Below are positions 17,724 to 28,140 of a DNA stretch of 64,000 nt, piece by piece. The notes under the pieces were generated by a model that searched no databases, was not told the DNA's origin, and was given only the letters and a program-made list of their open reading frames with translations. Position numbers and translations under genes: made by a program. Origin of the DNA: Tepidisphaera sp. (GTDB lineage Bacteria > Planctomycetota > Phycisphaerae > Phycisphaerales > UBA1924); assembly GCA_050916045.1 (NCBI GenBank), contig CP051526.1, positions 3,808,001 through 3,872,000 on the forward strand, in the 5' to 3' direction. Each line of letters starts with the position of its first letter. Within the stretch, counting starts at the first letter, position 1.

Positions 17724-19877
17724 TCACCCGACATCCACAAGACCGAGTGACTCGCCGTAAGCCTTAAGAAGCCGCCGCTTCACGAGCGCCTCTTCCGGCT
17801 TCCCGAGCATCGGCGACTTCGCGACCCACTCCGCCGCATCGCGCCTCGCCATCCCCAAGAGCTCGCGGTCGCGAATCAGGTCCGCCACCTTAAACGGCGG
17901 CAACCCCGACTGCTTGGTGCCGAAAAGCTCACCCGGACCGCGGATCTCAAAGTCCTTCTCCGCCAGCACGAACCCGTCGTTGCTCTTCTCCATCACCTGA
18001 AGCCGCGCGATCGCCCCTTCCGTCGTCGCGTCCCCGATCAGGTAACACACCGACTCCTTGCTCCCTCGCCCCACGCGCCCGCGAAGCTGGTGAAGCTGCG
18101 CCAAGCCGAACCGGTCCGCGTGCTCCACGATCATCGCCGTCGCTTCCGCCACATCCACGCCCACCTCGATCACCGTCGTCGCCACCAGCACATCGATCAA
18201 GCCCGTCCGGAACCGCTCCATCACCGCGTCCCGCGTCTGCCGTCTCAGCCGCCCGTGCAGCGCCGCGATCCGCTTGCCCTTGAGTGGCCCCGCTTCAAGC
18301 TCCCTCACCACCGACCGCACGCTCAGAAGCTCCCCATCCTCGTAGCTCGTCGCGCCCGACTCCTCATCGCCGATGGTCGGCACGACGACGTACGCCCGCT
18401 CGCCCTTCTCAAGCCGCTTGAGCAGCGCTGCGTACACCTCCGCCCGCTTCTCGGCCGAGACGACCTTCGTCTTGACCGGCTTGCGGCCCGGCGGCAAGCC
18501 CTCGATGATCGACGTGTCCAGGTCGCCGAAGAGCGTGATCGCCATCGTCCGCGGGATCGGCGTCGCCGTCATCACCACCACGTGCGGCGTCACCGCCATG
18601 AACCCCGTGCCCGTCCCCTTGGCCCGAAGCTCCGCCCGCTGATGCACGCCGAACCGGTGCTGCTCATCGATGATCGCGACCGCGAGATCCTTGAACCGCA
18701 CGCTCTCGGTGATCAGCGCGTGCGTTCCGATCGCCAGATGCACCCGCCCATCCGCAAGCCCGGCGACCACCCGCTCGCGCTCCATCGCGTCCATCGCGCC
18801 GGTGAGAAGCTCCACGCGGATCCCGCTCCCCTTCAGGATCCGCGAGATGTTCGCGTGGTGCTGCTCCGCGAGAAGCTCCGTCGGAGCCATCAGCGCCGCC
18901 TGCTTGCCCGAAGCGACCGCCATCAGCATCGCGTACAGCGCCACAATCGTCTTGCCGCTTCCGACGTCCCCCTGGATCAGCCGGTTCGTCGGCGTCGGCT
19001 TGGAGAGATCCGCTTTCAATTCCGCGATGACCTTGTCCTGCGCCGCCGTCAGCGTGAACGGAAACCGCGCCCGGATCTCCCGGTCGATCGCTTCGCTCCA
19101 CGCGAGCGCCGGCGCCCGCATCGTGTCCCGCAGATGCACCCGCTTCATGTGCACCCCAAGCTGAAGCAACAAGAACTCGTCGTACGCCAGCCGCCGCCGC
19201 CCCGCCAGCACCTCATCCTCACCCTTGGGCTGGTGCATCATCCGGTACGCATCCGCGAGCACAGGCAAGCTCCGCGCCGCGCGATATTCCGCCGTCAGAT
19301 GGTCCTCGATCAGCGGGAGCGCCCCCGGAAGCACCGTCCCCATGATCTTCTCGATCTGCCAGCTCTTGATCTGCTCGCTCGCCGGATACACCGGCCGTAC
19401 CCGCGCCTGCCGAAGCCCAGGCTCATCCTGCTCCGGATCAAGCACCATGTGCCGCGGGTTCACGATCTGCACCCCCGACCCGCGCTTCACCGCTTTCCCC
19501 TGCACCCAAAGCCGCACTCCGGGCTTGATCTTCTCCCGCAGATAAAGCATGTTGAACCACATCAGTTCCAGCCGCCCCAAGCCGTCATGAAGCACCGCTT
19601 CGATCCGCGGCCGCTTCCCCCGCGGCCACACGCTCGTCGCCGTGACCTCTCCCCGCACCGACACGATCCGCCCGGGCACGATCTCCGGCACCGTCGCTTC
19701 CGCTTCCTGCAGTTCATGCCGCGACGGCAGATGCGCCACAAGCTTCCCCACGTTCGTCACGCCAAGCCCCACCGCGAGAGCCTCCGCGGCCGGACGCGAG
19801 ATCCCCGGTACCAGCGCAAGCGGCGTCCGAAGCTCGATCCGCTCCGCCGCAGGCACGATGTTCTCCGATCGGGGCAT
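17724..19877 (-). CDS. recG: ATP-dependent DNA helicase RecG
   Basis: RLIQGDVGSGKT, DEQHRFGV, MTATPIPRT, QLHQLRGRVGRG, RGPGE. Confidence 0.97.
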   Translation of the reverse strand: MPRSENIVPAAERIELRTPLALVPGISRPAAEALAVGLGVTNVGKLVAHLPSRHELQEAEATVPEIVPGRIVSVRGEVTATSVWPRGKRPRIEAVLHDGLGRLELMWFNMLYLREKIKPGVRLWVQGKAVKRGSGVQIVNPRHMVLDPEQDEPGLRQARVRPVYPASEQIKSWQIEKIMGTVLPGALPLIEDHLTAEYRAARSLPVLADAYRMMHQPKGEDEVLAGRRRLAYDEFLLLQLGVHMKRVHLRDTMRAPALAWSEAIDREIRARFPFTLTAAQDKVIAELKADLSKPTPTNRLIQGDVGSGKTIVALYAMLMAVASGKQAALMAPTELLAEQHHANISRILKGSGIRVELLTGAMDAMERERVVAGLADGRVHLAIGTHALITESVRFKDLAVAIIDEQHRFGVHQRAELRAKGTGTGFMAVTPHVVVMTATPIPRTMAITLFGDLDTSIIEGLPPGRKPVKTKVVSAEKRAEVYAALLKRLEKGERAYVVVPTIGDEESGATSYEDGELLSVRSVVRELEAGPLKGKRIAALHGRLRRQTRDAVMERFRTGLIDVLVATTVIEVGVDVAEATAMIVEHADRFGLAQLHQLRGRVGRGSKESVCYLIGDATTEGAIARLQVMEKSNDGFVLAEKDFEIRGPGELFGTKQSGLPPFKVADLIRDRELLGMARRDAAEWVAKSPMLGKPEEALVKRRLLKAYGESLGLVDVG

Positions 19878-19897
19878 CCCGCTTCCTCGCGACTCGC

Positions 19898-20689
19898 TCA
19901 AAGCGTCCCCAGCCGCCCGCCATCCACCGGCAGGTTGATCCCGTTCACATACGACGCCGCCGGGCTCGCAAGAAAAGCCACCGCCGCCGCGATCTCTTCC
20001 GCCCGGCCAAGCCTCCCCGCCGGAATGTCCGCGATCACCCCCGCTTTCGCCTGCTCCACCGACTGCCCGCTCTTCTTCGCCCGCATCTCGAAGATCTCGG
20101 CAAGCCGCTCCGTATCCGTGTACCCCGGAAGCACGTTGTTCACCGTCACGCCCCACGCCCCGACCTCCTGCGACAACGTCTTGGCCCAGTTCGCCGTCGC
20201 GGCCCGCAAAGCGTTCGACACCGCGAGATTCGCGATCGGCTGCTTCACGCTCGTGCTCGTGATGTTGATGATCCGCCCATACCCCGCTTGCTTCATGCCC
20301 GCAAGCACGGCCCGGGAGATCGCGTGCGGCGTCGCGAGCAAGCTCTCAAATCCCGCCCGGAACGCTTCCACCCCCAGGTCCACCGCTTTCCCCGGCGGCG
20401 GCCCACCCGTGTTGTTCACGACGATGTGCACCGGCCCCCAGGACGCGAGCAAGCCAGGAAGCGCCGCCGCCACCGCGCCCGAATCCCCCAGGTCCACCGC
20501 CCACGCTTCGTGCTTCTGCCCCGCCCCCACCCTCGGCAGCCCCGCCAGCGTGGCCGCGAGTTTGTCCGCCGATCGGGCCGCCAAGACGACCGAAGCACCC
20601 AGCCCCGCCAACTCCATCGCGCACGCCCGGCCGATGCCCGCCGACCCACCACACACCAACGCCCGCTTGCCGCTCAGATTGAGGTCCAT
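19898..20689 (-). CDS. SDR family oxidoreductase
   Basis: GGSAGIG, VNNTGGP, VNNVLPG, VDGG. Confidence 0.92.
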   Translation of the reverse strand: MDLNLSGKRALVCGGSAGIGRACAMELAGLGASVVLAARSADKLAATLAGLPRVGAGQKHEAWAVDLGDSGAVAAALPGLLASWGPVHIVVNNTGGPPPGKAVDLGVEAFRAGFESLLATPHAISRAVLAGMKQAGYGRIINITSTSVKQPIANLAVSNALRAATANWAKTLSQEVGAWGVTVNNVLPGYTDTERLAEIFEMRAKKSGQSVEQAKAGVIADIPAGRLGRAEEIAAAVAFLASPAASYVNGINLPVDGGRLGTL

Positions 20690-20801
20690 AGCCTGATCGT
20701 ACCCGAACGCACCCCGCTCGAACGCCCGAGAAGGCCCCCAGGCACACCCCCGCCGCGAGCGTGACTTCGGACGTGCCCCCGGCCTACCATGACGACCTGT
20801 C

Positions 20802-20874
20802 GGGGCGGTAGCTCAGTTGGTAGAGCGCGTCGTTCGCAATGACGAGGTCGCGTGTTCGACTCACGTCCGCTCCA
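20802..20874 (+). tRNA. tRNA-Ala (anticodon CGC), CCA not encoded
   Basis: Cloverleaf with GGGGCGG/CCGCTCC acceptor stem (G3:U70), TT-CGC-AA anticodon loop, TTCGACT T loop. Confidence 0.95.
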
Positions 20875-20882
20875 CTTCTCGA

Positions 20883-20910
20883 AAAGACCCTCGCTTTGGC
20901 GAGGGTCTTT
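20883..20910. terminator. Hairpin terminator after the tRNA, likely bidirectional
   Basis: aaagaccctcgc-tttg-gcgagggtcttt perfect 12-bp stem. Confidence 0.85.
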
Positions 20911-20946
20911 GCCTTTTTGCACCCCAACCCAGCCGACAACGCCTGA

Positions 20947-23900
20947 CTAAAAGCGGACGCGCACCCGAACCAAGGGTGCGTACGGGCCCTTCAGTTCCAC
21001 CGCCCCACCCTGCCGCCGAGCAACCTCACACCCCTCCGCTTCCACACCTTTCGCCTCCATCGGCATCCGAAGCACGAGCGGCGTGCCAGTAAGCCCCGCT
21101 CGAAGAGCCGGTCTGATCTCCCACGTCAACCCCCCCTCGCTCCTGCGAACGCGATACGACACGTCGCCAAACCACGTCGGCGCACCCCTCTCTTCCGAAC
21201 CGATGCCGACGCCCGTCTCGCCCGCTTCCGCGAGCCAGACCTTCGTGATGCCCCGTCCGAGCACGAGCCGCTCGACCCCATCATCACCCTGTTCCTCATC
21301 AAGAAAGATCGCCCGCACGGAGTTCAGATAGTCCGCTCCCACCCACGTGTGCGGATAGTCGCCGATGAATCCCGCGAACCTCTTGTCCCAGTACACCACC
21401 TCTCCCCACTGCCGCCAGCCCGCCGGCCGCTGATCCGCCAAGAACCACTCGTTAAGCTCGTGCGCCCGCTCCAACCACTTGGGGTTGCGATCCGCAAGCC
21501 GGAGCATCGCCCCAATCACCCGCACCTCGTACGGCGTGTAGTCCTTCCACTCGATCGTCCCGTTCTTCCGCGACTCGAAGTACGTCCAGTACCGCTCGAA
21601 CGTCGCTTCGAAAAGCTCCACAGGGATCCCGCCCGTGCGGTTCCACTCTTCGCACGGCCACACCGCCACCGCCGTGCTCGTCGCGTCAAAGTCGCCAAGC
21701 TCCACACACCCCGGCACCCACGTCGCGCCCGTGACGGCGTTCGCGATGGCGACCGATGAAGCCATGTTCGCCCGGTACGCCACCGCTTTCGCGTTCAGCG
21801 ATGCCACTTCTGATTTACCCAACACTCCCGCGAGGAACGCCGCATCCTTGAAGCCGCGCACGGTCCAGAACCCATCCCAATGGCTATGCATTGGCTTGGC
21901 CGAGTACCCCTCGTGGCTGATCGATTCGGACACAAGACCGAAGAACGCTTTCTTCGGCATGCGGAACCCGCGCTCCTCCGACCCAAGCTCCTCCGTCCGA
22001 TACGCGTCGGTCGACCGTTCCGCGATGATCGAATCCATGTACGACACCGCGCCCATCACGCCCTTCCAGTGCTTCTCGACAAACGCTTTGTCCCCGGTGA
22101 ACCGGTACACCGTCGCGAGACAGTGAATGAACTCGCCGTGGCTGTCGTGCTCGGGCACCGGATCCGGCCCGCGGTGGTCGACGACGCACGGCACCTTCCC
22201 GTTCTCGTACTGGTACTTCGAGTACCACTCGATGAACGCTTTCATGCTCTCGACGTGCCCGGTGAAGCACATCGCCGTCCCGATGCTCGCGCCGTCACGG
22301 ATCCAAGCCCGCTCGTAGGTGCGGCTCCCCGGCTGATACGCCGGCCCGTCGGTGTTCACGAGGATCATCCGCTGCTGCGAACGCCACGTCTCTTCAATCG
22401 CTCTGGCGGAGGGAGGAACGATGAGCGGCACGCGGCCGACGACGTCACGCCAGACCCTCATCGGATCCTCGCTGCTCCGCGCCGCTTTCTTCCAGTCCGC
22501 GAGCGACTCACCCGCTTTGAGCGGCCTGAGGTTGCAAGCCACCGTCAGCTGAATCCCGCCATTGCCCGTCATCGTCTCCCACGGCGACGCGAACGCTCCC
22601 CACGCCAGGCCGTCCGGATCGGTCACACGCTTCGCCACCGTCTCCGCATCCACTTTCGCAAGCACACGGTTCGCCGCGCCCGCGAACTCGCCCGCCAACC
22701 CATCGCCCGCAAGCATCACGGTGCCCACGGCCCCGTACGGCATCAGTGCGTACGCCTCATTCACCACCATCGCCGCGGCACGCCCATCCGGCCGAAGCTC
22801 AACCGAACGAATCGGCGAGAACCCGCCCGTCACGTTCAACCACTGCGACGGCGGAAGCGACTGCATCGGCCGCACCGCGAGCACCAAGCGAGCCCGGCCG
22901 CTCGAAGCCTGCAGGAAGTACCTCGGAGCCACCGCCGGCATCGCGTCCGTCCCCGCTTCCTCGGGAACCACGCTCAGCTGAACCCCGCCCTTCTCCTCGG
23001 GCCATTCCAGCGTCACCATCGGCATCGTGCGCCCGTTCAGGTCGTGCCGGATCGTCGCGTTCGCCCACGACAGAAGCCTCGTCTCGCCATCATGCTCGAT
23101 CTGCACGAACGGCTCGATCGCGAACCCGCCTTTGCTGATCTCGACCTGCCCGTCCGCCGAAAGCAGCGCCTCGTAGTTCCCGCCCGCCGCTCCGATCGAT
23201 GTCCACGATGTGGCTTCGTCGTGGAAGTACCTCGGATACATCCCGCGCGGCGACTGCTTCGCCATGAGCTTGAGCAGGGCGTTCATGTCTTCGCCCGCGC
23301 CGGGCCCGAGCACGCGGATCGCGCGTTCCTCGAACGGCGAAGCCGACTCAGACATTCCTCGATACGCCACGCGGAGAGCTTTCGCCTCGCCGCCCGGCGT
23401 GCGGACCCATGACCGACCCTCCCGCAGCCTGACCTCCGACCGCGCCGCTTCCCACGTGACGCCGTCGGGGCTCAGGAACACATCGGCAAAGCACTCGCGA
23501 TCCGAATTGATCACCACCGCGCCAATTTCACGAGCCTCCGAGAAGACGATGTCCACGCGCGGCGGCATCCCGCCGAGTTTCACGCCGTCGAAGACCTCGG
23601 CTTCCCCGAAGATCCGCTCCGCGCGGCTGGTCGAAACATCGGTGATGATCGAAGGCGCCGCTTCGCTCGCCGCTTTCACTTCGTCAAGGCGAAGCTCGTC
23701 GATCCAGACCGTCCCCTTCCCGCCCTTGCTCGCCGCGATCGCAAACTCCACCGCCGCCACCTTGCGCAACGGCTCTTTCCCGCCGCCCGGGCCCCACGCG
23801 AACGTCACGTGCCGATTCCGATACGCCACGCGCCGCCACTCCGCCGGCCACTCGTACGCCGGCTTGTTCACCCACCAGACGTCATCACCCGGCACCAGCC

Positions 23901-24252
23901 CGCCCGTGGCATCCTTCTTGGCTTCCACCAGCTTGAACTCGAAGTTGTTCGCAAGCCCCTCGCCGCGCACGCGGAACGAGAACCGGTACGACTCCGGCAC
24001 CTCGACGGTCATCTCGCGCCGCACCACGACGAACCCCATCCCCTTCGCGAAGTCGTAATCGATCCGCAGCGAGTTCCCGTCGCCCGCTTTCTCGATCGAC
24101 ACCGTCGCGCTCACGCCGTCGCTCGGGATCGCTTTCCACTTCAGGCCGGACTCAAAGTCGTCGAGCGTCTGCCCCCGCGCAACCGAAGCCGCCGCGAGCA
24201 CGCACGCGATCACCAACCATACCGACCGACCGATCACAGGCATCGTTCTCAT
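20947..24252 (-). CDS. Secreted multidomain glycoside hydrolase-like protein (CBM/discoidin-like N-terminal domains plus (alpha/alpha)6 barrel)
   Basis: Signal peptide; LDDFES...LRIDYDF; QPGSRTYERAWIRDG, PEHDSHGE, ESISHEGY, GDYPHTW. Confidence 0.75.
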   Translation of the reverse strand: MRTMPVIGRSVWLVIACVLAAASVARGQTLDDFESGLKWKAIPSDGVSATVSIEKAGDGNSLRIDYDFAKGMGFVVVRREMTVEVPESYRFSFRVRGEGLANNFEFKLVEAKKDATGGLVPGDDVWWVNKPAYEWPAEWRRVAYRNRHVTFAWGPGGGKEPLRKVAAVEFAIAASKGGKGTVWIDELRLDEVKAASEAAPSIITDVSTSRAERIFGEAEVFDGVKLGGMPPRVDIVFSEAREIGAVVINSDRECFADVFLSPDGVTWEAARSEVRLREGRSWVRTPGGEAKALRVAYRGMSESASPFEERAIRVLGPGAGEDMNALLKLMAKQSPRGMYPRYFHDEATSWTSIGAAGGNYEALLSADGQVEISKGGFAIEPFVQIEHDGETRLLSWANATIRHDLNGRTMPMVTLEWPEEKGGVQLSVVPEEAGTDAMPAVAPRYFLQASSGRARLVLAVRPMQSLPPSQWLNVTGGFSPIRSVELRPDGRAAAMVVNEAYALMPYGAVGTVMLAGDGLAGEFAGAANRVLAKVDAETVAKRVTDPDGLAWGAFASPWETMTGNGGIQLTVACNLRPLKAGESLADWKKAARSSEDPMRVWRDVVGRVPLIVPPSARAIEETWRSQQRMILVNTDGPAYQPGSRTYERAWIRDGASIGTAMCFTGHVESMKAFIEWYSKYQYENGKVPCVVDHRGPDPVPEHDSHGEFIHCLATVYRFTGDKAFVEKHWKGVMGAVSYMDSIIAERSTDAYRTEELGSEERGFRMPKKAFFGLVSESISHEGYSAKPMHSHWDGFWTVRGFKDAAFLAGVLGKSEVASLNAKAVAYRANMASSVAIANAVTGATWVPGCVELGDFDATSTAVAVWPCEEWNRTGGIPVELFEATFERYWTYFESRKNGTIEWKDYTPYEVRVIGAMLRLADRNPKWLERAHELNEWFLADQRPAGWRQWGEVVYWDKRFAGFIGDYPHTWVGADYLNSVRAIFLDEEQGDDGVERLVLGRGITKVWLAEAGETGVGIGSEERGAPTWFGDVSYRVRRSEGGLTWEIRPALRAGLTGTPLVLRMPMEAKGVEAEGCEVARRQGGAVELKGPYAPLVRVRVRF

Positions 24253-24311
24253 TCAACACTCCACGGTGTTCAGTCAAGTTCCGCGAGCCGCGAACGGGCT
24301 CGCACCGCCGC

Positions 24312-25370
24312 TCACGGCCGCGTTGTCTGCCGCACGATCAGCGAGGGCGTCAGCCGGACGTGCATCGGCGCCGCTTGCGGATCCTTGATCCGACGCACCA
24401 GAAGCTGCACCGCGGTCGCTCCCACCTCCGAAAGCGGAACACGCACGGTGCTGAGCGTCGGCCGCACCAAAGACGCAAGCCGCGTGTCGTCGAACCCGAC
24501 AACGGCAAGCCCTCCGGGCACCGCGATCCCCGCTTCCCGCGCCGCGTGCATCACCCCGTACGCGATCTCGTCGTTGCCCGCCAGAACGCCCATCGGCGCC
24601 GAGTCCGGCGCGAGCGTCCCGCTCGCGATCATCTCTTCCGCCCGCTGCTTGCCCCAGTCAAACGAGTAGTCCCCGTACGCCACCGAGGCGCTCACCGGAG
24701 AACCGCGACGCCGCGCCGCATCCACCACCGTCCGAACGAACGCCGCCGCTCGCTCCTTCGTGTCAAAGTTGTCCTTGGGGCCGCCGATGAAATAGCACCG
24801 CTCTGGCTTGGCAAGCGTCAGCAGATGCTCCGTCGCCGCCGTCGCACCCGCTTCGTTGTCGATCTCGATTGAATCGAGCTTCGTCCCCTCCGGCGCCGCG
24901 TCAAGCACCACCATCGGCATCCCCGCCGTCGTCACCCGCCGGATCAGCTGCTCGTTCGGCTCGGTGATCATCACCGCCACACCATCCACAAGCCCAAGCA
25001 GCGGCCCCAAGCCCAGATCGTTCTCCATCGCACGGCCCTGGCCCGACGACACCAGCAGGTGATACCCAAGCTTCTTCGCTTCCGCGTCCGCGCCCCGAAG
25101 CAGCGCCGAATAGAACTCGCCGTGAATGTCCGGAAGCGCCATCGCGAGCAGCCGGCTCGACCGCGTCACCAAGCTCTGCGCCGACACGTTGGGCACATAC
25201 CCAAGCTCCGCCACCACCGCGCGCACACGCTCCGCCGTCTCCGCCGCGACCATCCCCGGCGTGTTCAGCACACGGCTCACCGTCGCGATCGACACCCCGG
25301 CGCGATCCGCCACGTCCTGGATCGAGACCGCCGTGCGCGGCAAACTGCCCTTTCGGTGCTTGGGTTCCAC
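24312..25370 (-). CDS. LacI family transcriptional regulator
   Basis: SIQDVADRAGVSIATVSRVLN HTH, NDEIAYG, VGFDD; GTG 25370 lies 6 nt after TACGAT. Confidence 0.95.
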   Translation of the reverse strand: MEPKHRKGSLPRTAVSIQDVADRAGVSIATVSRVLNTPGMVAAETAERVRAVVAELGYVPNVSAQSLVTRSSRLLAMALPDIHGEFYSALLRGADAEAKKLGYHLLVSSGQGRAMENDLGLGPLLGLVDGVAVMITEPNEQLIRRVTTAGMPMVVLDAAPEGTKLDSIEIDNEAGATAATEHLLTLAKPERCYFIGGPKDNFDTKERAAAFVRTVVDAARRRGSPVSASVAYGDYSFDWGKQRAEEMIASGTLAPDSAPMGVLAGNDEIAYGVMHAAREAGIAVPGGLAVVGFDDTRLASLVRPTLSTVRVPLSEVGATAVQLLVRRIKDPQAAPMHVRLTPSLIVRQTTRP

Positions 25371-25437
25371 CGCCCCATCGTACAGACCGAGGCCCGATCG
25401 TCTCATCACGACACCTCCGCTGAAGCTCGCTCGCCAG

Positions 25438-25458
25438 TATAATGCAAGCGCTTTCATT
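25438..25458 (+). promoter_or_regulatory. -10 box TATAAT overlapping LacI-type operator 1
   Basis: TATAAT 25438-25443; aatgcaagcgctttcatt, an 18-bp palindrome with 1 mismatch. Confidence 0.8.
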
Positions 25459-25486
25459 CCGTTTCCCCTTTTCGCGGGATCCATCC

Positions 25487-27007
25487 ATGCCACACCTCCG
25501 GACCTGTTCCGCCGCGTTCCTCCTCACCTTTGCTTCCGGCTGCGCTCGCTCTCCGGCAACGCCCGAGCCCACCATCGGCACCTCTCCGATTCCGGCCATC
25601 CAAGCCGCTGAGGGCACAGCACGTCCGCCCTTCCGTTTCTCCGCCCAGGACGACGTTCTCCTCGACGAGATCACCCGAGGAGCCTTCAACTTCCTCTGGA
25701 AAGAGGTCAACGCCACCGGCATGGTGCCCGACCGCTCAAGCAAGCCGGAAGTCGTGTCCGTCGCGGGACTTGGCTTTCAGATCAGCGCCTTCTGCATCGG
25801 CGTCGAACGCGGCTGGGTCACCCGCCAAGCCGCCTACGACCGCACCCTCCGCATCGTCAAAGCCCTCGCCGCCCAGACATCCAACCGCAAGGACGGAATG
25901 TTCTACCACTTCATCAGCGGCGAAGACGGCGGCTTCCCCAAGAACACGCCTGAAGACGCCGTCAGCACCATCGACTCCGCGCTCCTCTTTGCCGGGCTTC
26001 TGACCGCAAGCCAGTACTTCGGAGGGGAAGTCAAAACCATCAGCGAAGCCATCGTCGCCGAAGCCAACTGGAACGCTTACGTCCTTCAGGAACAAGCTCC
26101 CGACTACGAACGCGGGGTCATCGCCCTGGCCTGGGCCCCCGAAGACCCGAAAAACCCCACAGGTCCAGGGAAACTCAAGCCTTACGGCTGGGTCGACGCC
26201 GGCGATGAGCACCGCCTCGTCACCTTCTTCGCCGTCGCCGCGCCCAACCCCAAGCACCGCGTCGACCCCTCCATGTACTACCGCCTCCGACGCCCCCTCG
26301 GCACCCACAACAACGTGCCGATGGTCTACCTGCCCTGGTCCGGCGCTCACTTCGTCAACCTCTTCGCCCACTGCTGGATCGACTACGCCGGCATGCCCGC
26401 CGATAACCCCCAAGCTTTCAACCAAGCCAACCGGGCCCGCGTCGACTGGTGGGAGAACGGCCGCCGCCAGACCATCCTCCACCGCGACAAAGCCATCGTC
26501 GCCGCGGGCAAGTTCCCCAACCTCGGCCCCGACTCCTGGGGCCTGACCGCAAGCGACTGCCCCTCCGGCTACTGCGTCCCCGGCGTCTACCCCACGCCGC
26601 TGCGCCTGCCGGTGGAACGTCCGCAGTGGGACCACCCCACCTTCGAACCCAAGGACGACTTCGGCGATGGCACCATAAGTCCTTATGGAGCAGTCTCTTC
26701 CGTCGTCTTTGAGCCCGCGCTGGCCCTTTCGGCCGCCCGGCACATGCGGGGGCTGAAGATCCCCGGCCCGCGACCCGTCTGGGACGACCCGGCCAAGGGC
26801 GGCTTCGGGTTCGCCGACGCGTACAACGCCCCGAAGGGATGGGTGGCGGAAGACCATCTGGCGATCGATCAGGGCCCGATGGCGGTGCTCATCGAGAACG
26901 CGCGCACGGGTTTGCTTTGGCGGATCTTCTCCGCGCATCCGTGGGTCTCGGCGGGCTCCGAGCGGCTGGGCTGGCCTTCTGTAAAGGATCGGCTTAAGGC
27001 CCGATAA
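25487..27007 (+). CDS. Lipoprotein glucoamylase-like (alpha/alpha)6 hydrolase, GH144-like (possible endo-beta-1,2-glucanase)
   Basis: FASGC lipobox; GMVPDR, GMFYHF, VSTIDSALL, LAIDQGPMAVLIENARTG. Confidence 0.8.
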   Translation: MPHLRTCSAAFLLTFASGCARSPATPEPTIGTSPIPAIQAAEGTARPPFRFSAQDDVLLDEITRGAFNFLWKEVNATGMVPDRSSKPEVVSVAGLGFQISAFCIGVERGWVTRQAAYDRTLRIVKALAAQTSNRKDGMFYHFISGEDGGFPKNTPEDAVSTIDSALLFAGLLTASQYFGGEVKTISEAIVAEANWNAYVLQEQAPDYERGVIALAWAPEDPKNPTGPGKLKPYGWVDAGDEHRLVTFFAVAAPNPKHRVDPSMYYRLRRPLGTHNNVPMVYLPWSGAHFVNLFAHCWIDYAGMPADNPQAFNQANRARVDWWENGRRQTILHRDKAIVAAGKFPNLGPDSWGLTASDCPSGYCVPGVYPTPLRLPVERPQWDHPTFEPKDDFGDGTISPYGAVSSVVFEPALALSAARHMRGLKIPGPRPVWDDPAKGGFGFADAYNAPKGWVAEDHLAIDQGPMAVLIENARTGLLWRIFSAHPWVSAGSERLGWPSVKDRLKAR

Positions 27008-27061
27008 CTCTGAACCGACCCTTGTGCGAATCTGAATCTGGCGATGGAGGCGAAAAGGCGC

Positions 27062-27104
27062 TTGACACGATCTTGAGAGTCATTATGCTGAAAGCGCTTT
27101 CAGC
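27062..27104 (+). promoter_or_regulatory. Sigma70-type promoter with LacI-type operator 2
   Basis: TTGACA(27062)-16 nt-TATGCT(27084); perfect 18-bp palindrome gctgaaagcgctttcagc 27087-27104. Confidence 0.85.
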
Positions 27105-27174
27105 GTTGTTGCCGGAAGCGTGAGAGAGACAGAGAGGGTTGTCCGCTTTCGAGCGGACGAGAAGGAGATTTGTG

Positions 27175-27999
27175 ATGAAGTCGATTCTGATGCTGATGGC
27201 GGTGGGCGGTCTCGCGGCGAGCGCCGTCGCGCAGGATATCTCTCAGGTCAACGGGTACTACACCCAGACCCGCGTGTTCAACGATTTCGCGGGGACCAGC
27301 CTGTTGGTGAACGGCAACCCCGAGGCCACCCCGGGCGTTGCGAACACGTTCGCGACAGCGGGCTCGGGCTCGATGCGGTTCCAGGAGCAGTTCTCTGCGT
27401 TCGAGCAGGGCAACTTCGCCAACAAGCACCTCGCGTACCTCTCGACCGACGGCGGCGCCTCTGCTCTGGGCCTCAGCCACGTTCAGTCCTGGTCCATCGA
27501 GATGAACATCTCGATCAGCGCTCCGGGCACCGGCCCCCGCAAGGAAGCCGGCATCCGCTTCGAGAACCCCCGTCCGAGCCTCGGGTTCGTGGATGAGGGT
27601 CTGGTCCTCGTCGCTTCCGACGGCGAAGTCGCGGTCTTCGGCGCTTCCATGCCGTTCTCCGGCCTGGGCCCGATCTACACGCTGAACACGACGGCCCGCC
27701 TGAAGTTTGAGTTCTTCGCTCCCGGCGAGATCGACGCCAAGGGCGCGTACCGCGTGACGTTCACCGACGCGGTGACGGGCGTGCACTCCACGGGCATCAA
27801 GATCTGGGGCAACGAGTCTGACGGCACGGCCGGCTTCAACTACGGCACCAAGGTCGCTCTGGTCGCTCAGAACCAGCGCAACCCGCTCATCGCCGACTCG
27901 TCCGACATCAACTACAGCGATATCCAGATCATCCCCGCTCCGGGCGCCATGGCGCTCATGGGCGCGGCGGGTCTGCTCGCGGCGCGTCGTCGCCGCTGA
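27175..27999 (+). CDS. Secreted protein with PEP-CTERM-like tail
   Basis: AAGGAG RBS, signal peptide, IPAPGA-TM-RRRR tail. Confidence 0.85.
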   Translation: MKSILMLMAVGGLAASAVAQDISQVNGYYTQTRVFNDFAGTSLLVNGNPEATPGVANTFATAGSGSMRFQEQFSAFEQGNFANKHLAYLSTDGGASALGLSHVQSWSIEMNISISAPGTGPRKEAGIRFENPRPSLGFVDEGLVLVASDGEVAVFGASMPFSGLGPIYTLNTTARLKFEFFAPGEIDAKGAYRVTFTDAVTGVHSTGIKIWGNESDGTAGFNYGTKVALVAQNQRNPLIADSSDINYSDIQIIPAPGAMALMGAAGLLAARRRR

Positions 28000-28140
28000 T
28001 TCCTCGTTCACAATCCCCTCGCGCCGGCCAAAGCCGGCGCCAGGGTTTCTCGGGTGGGACACTTCTGGAATCGGCCGGACTCCGAGGGCGGAGCCGGCTC
28101 CGCGGGTCATGCGGACACGCGGCTTTCGTCAGGATGCGCG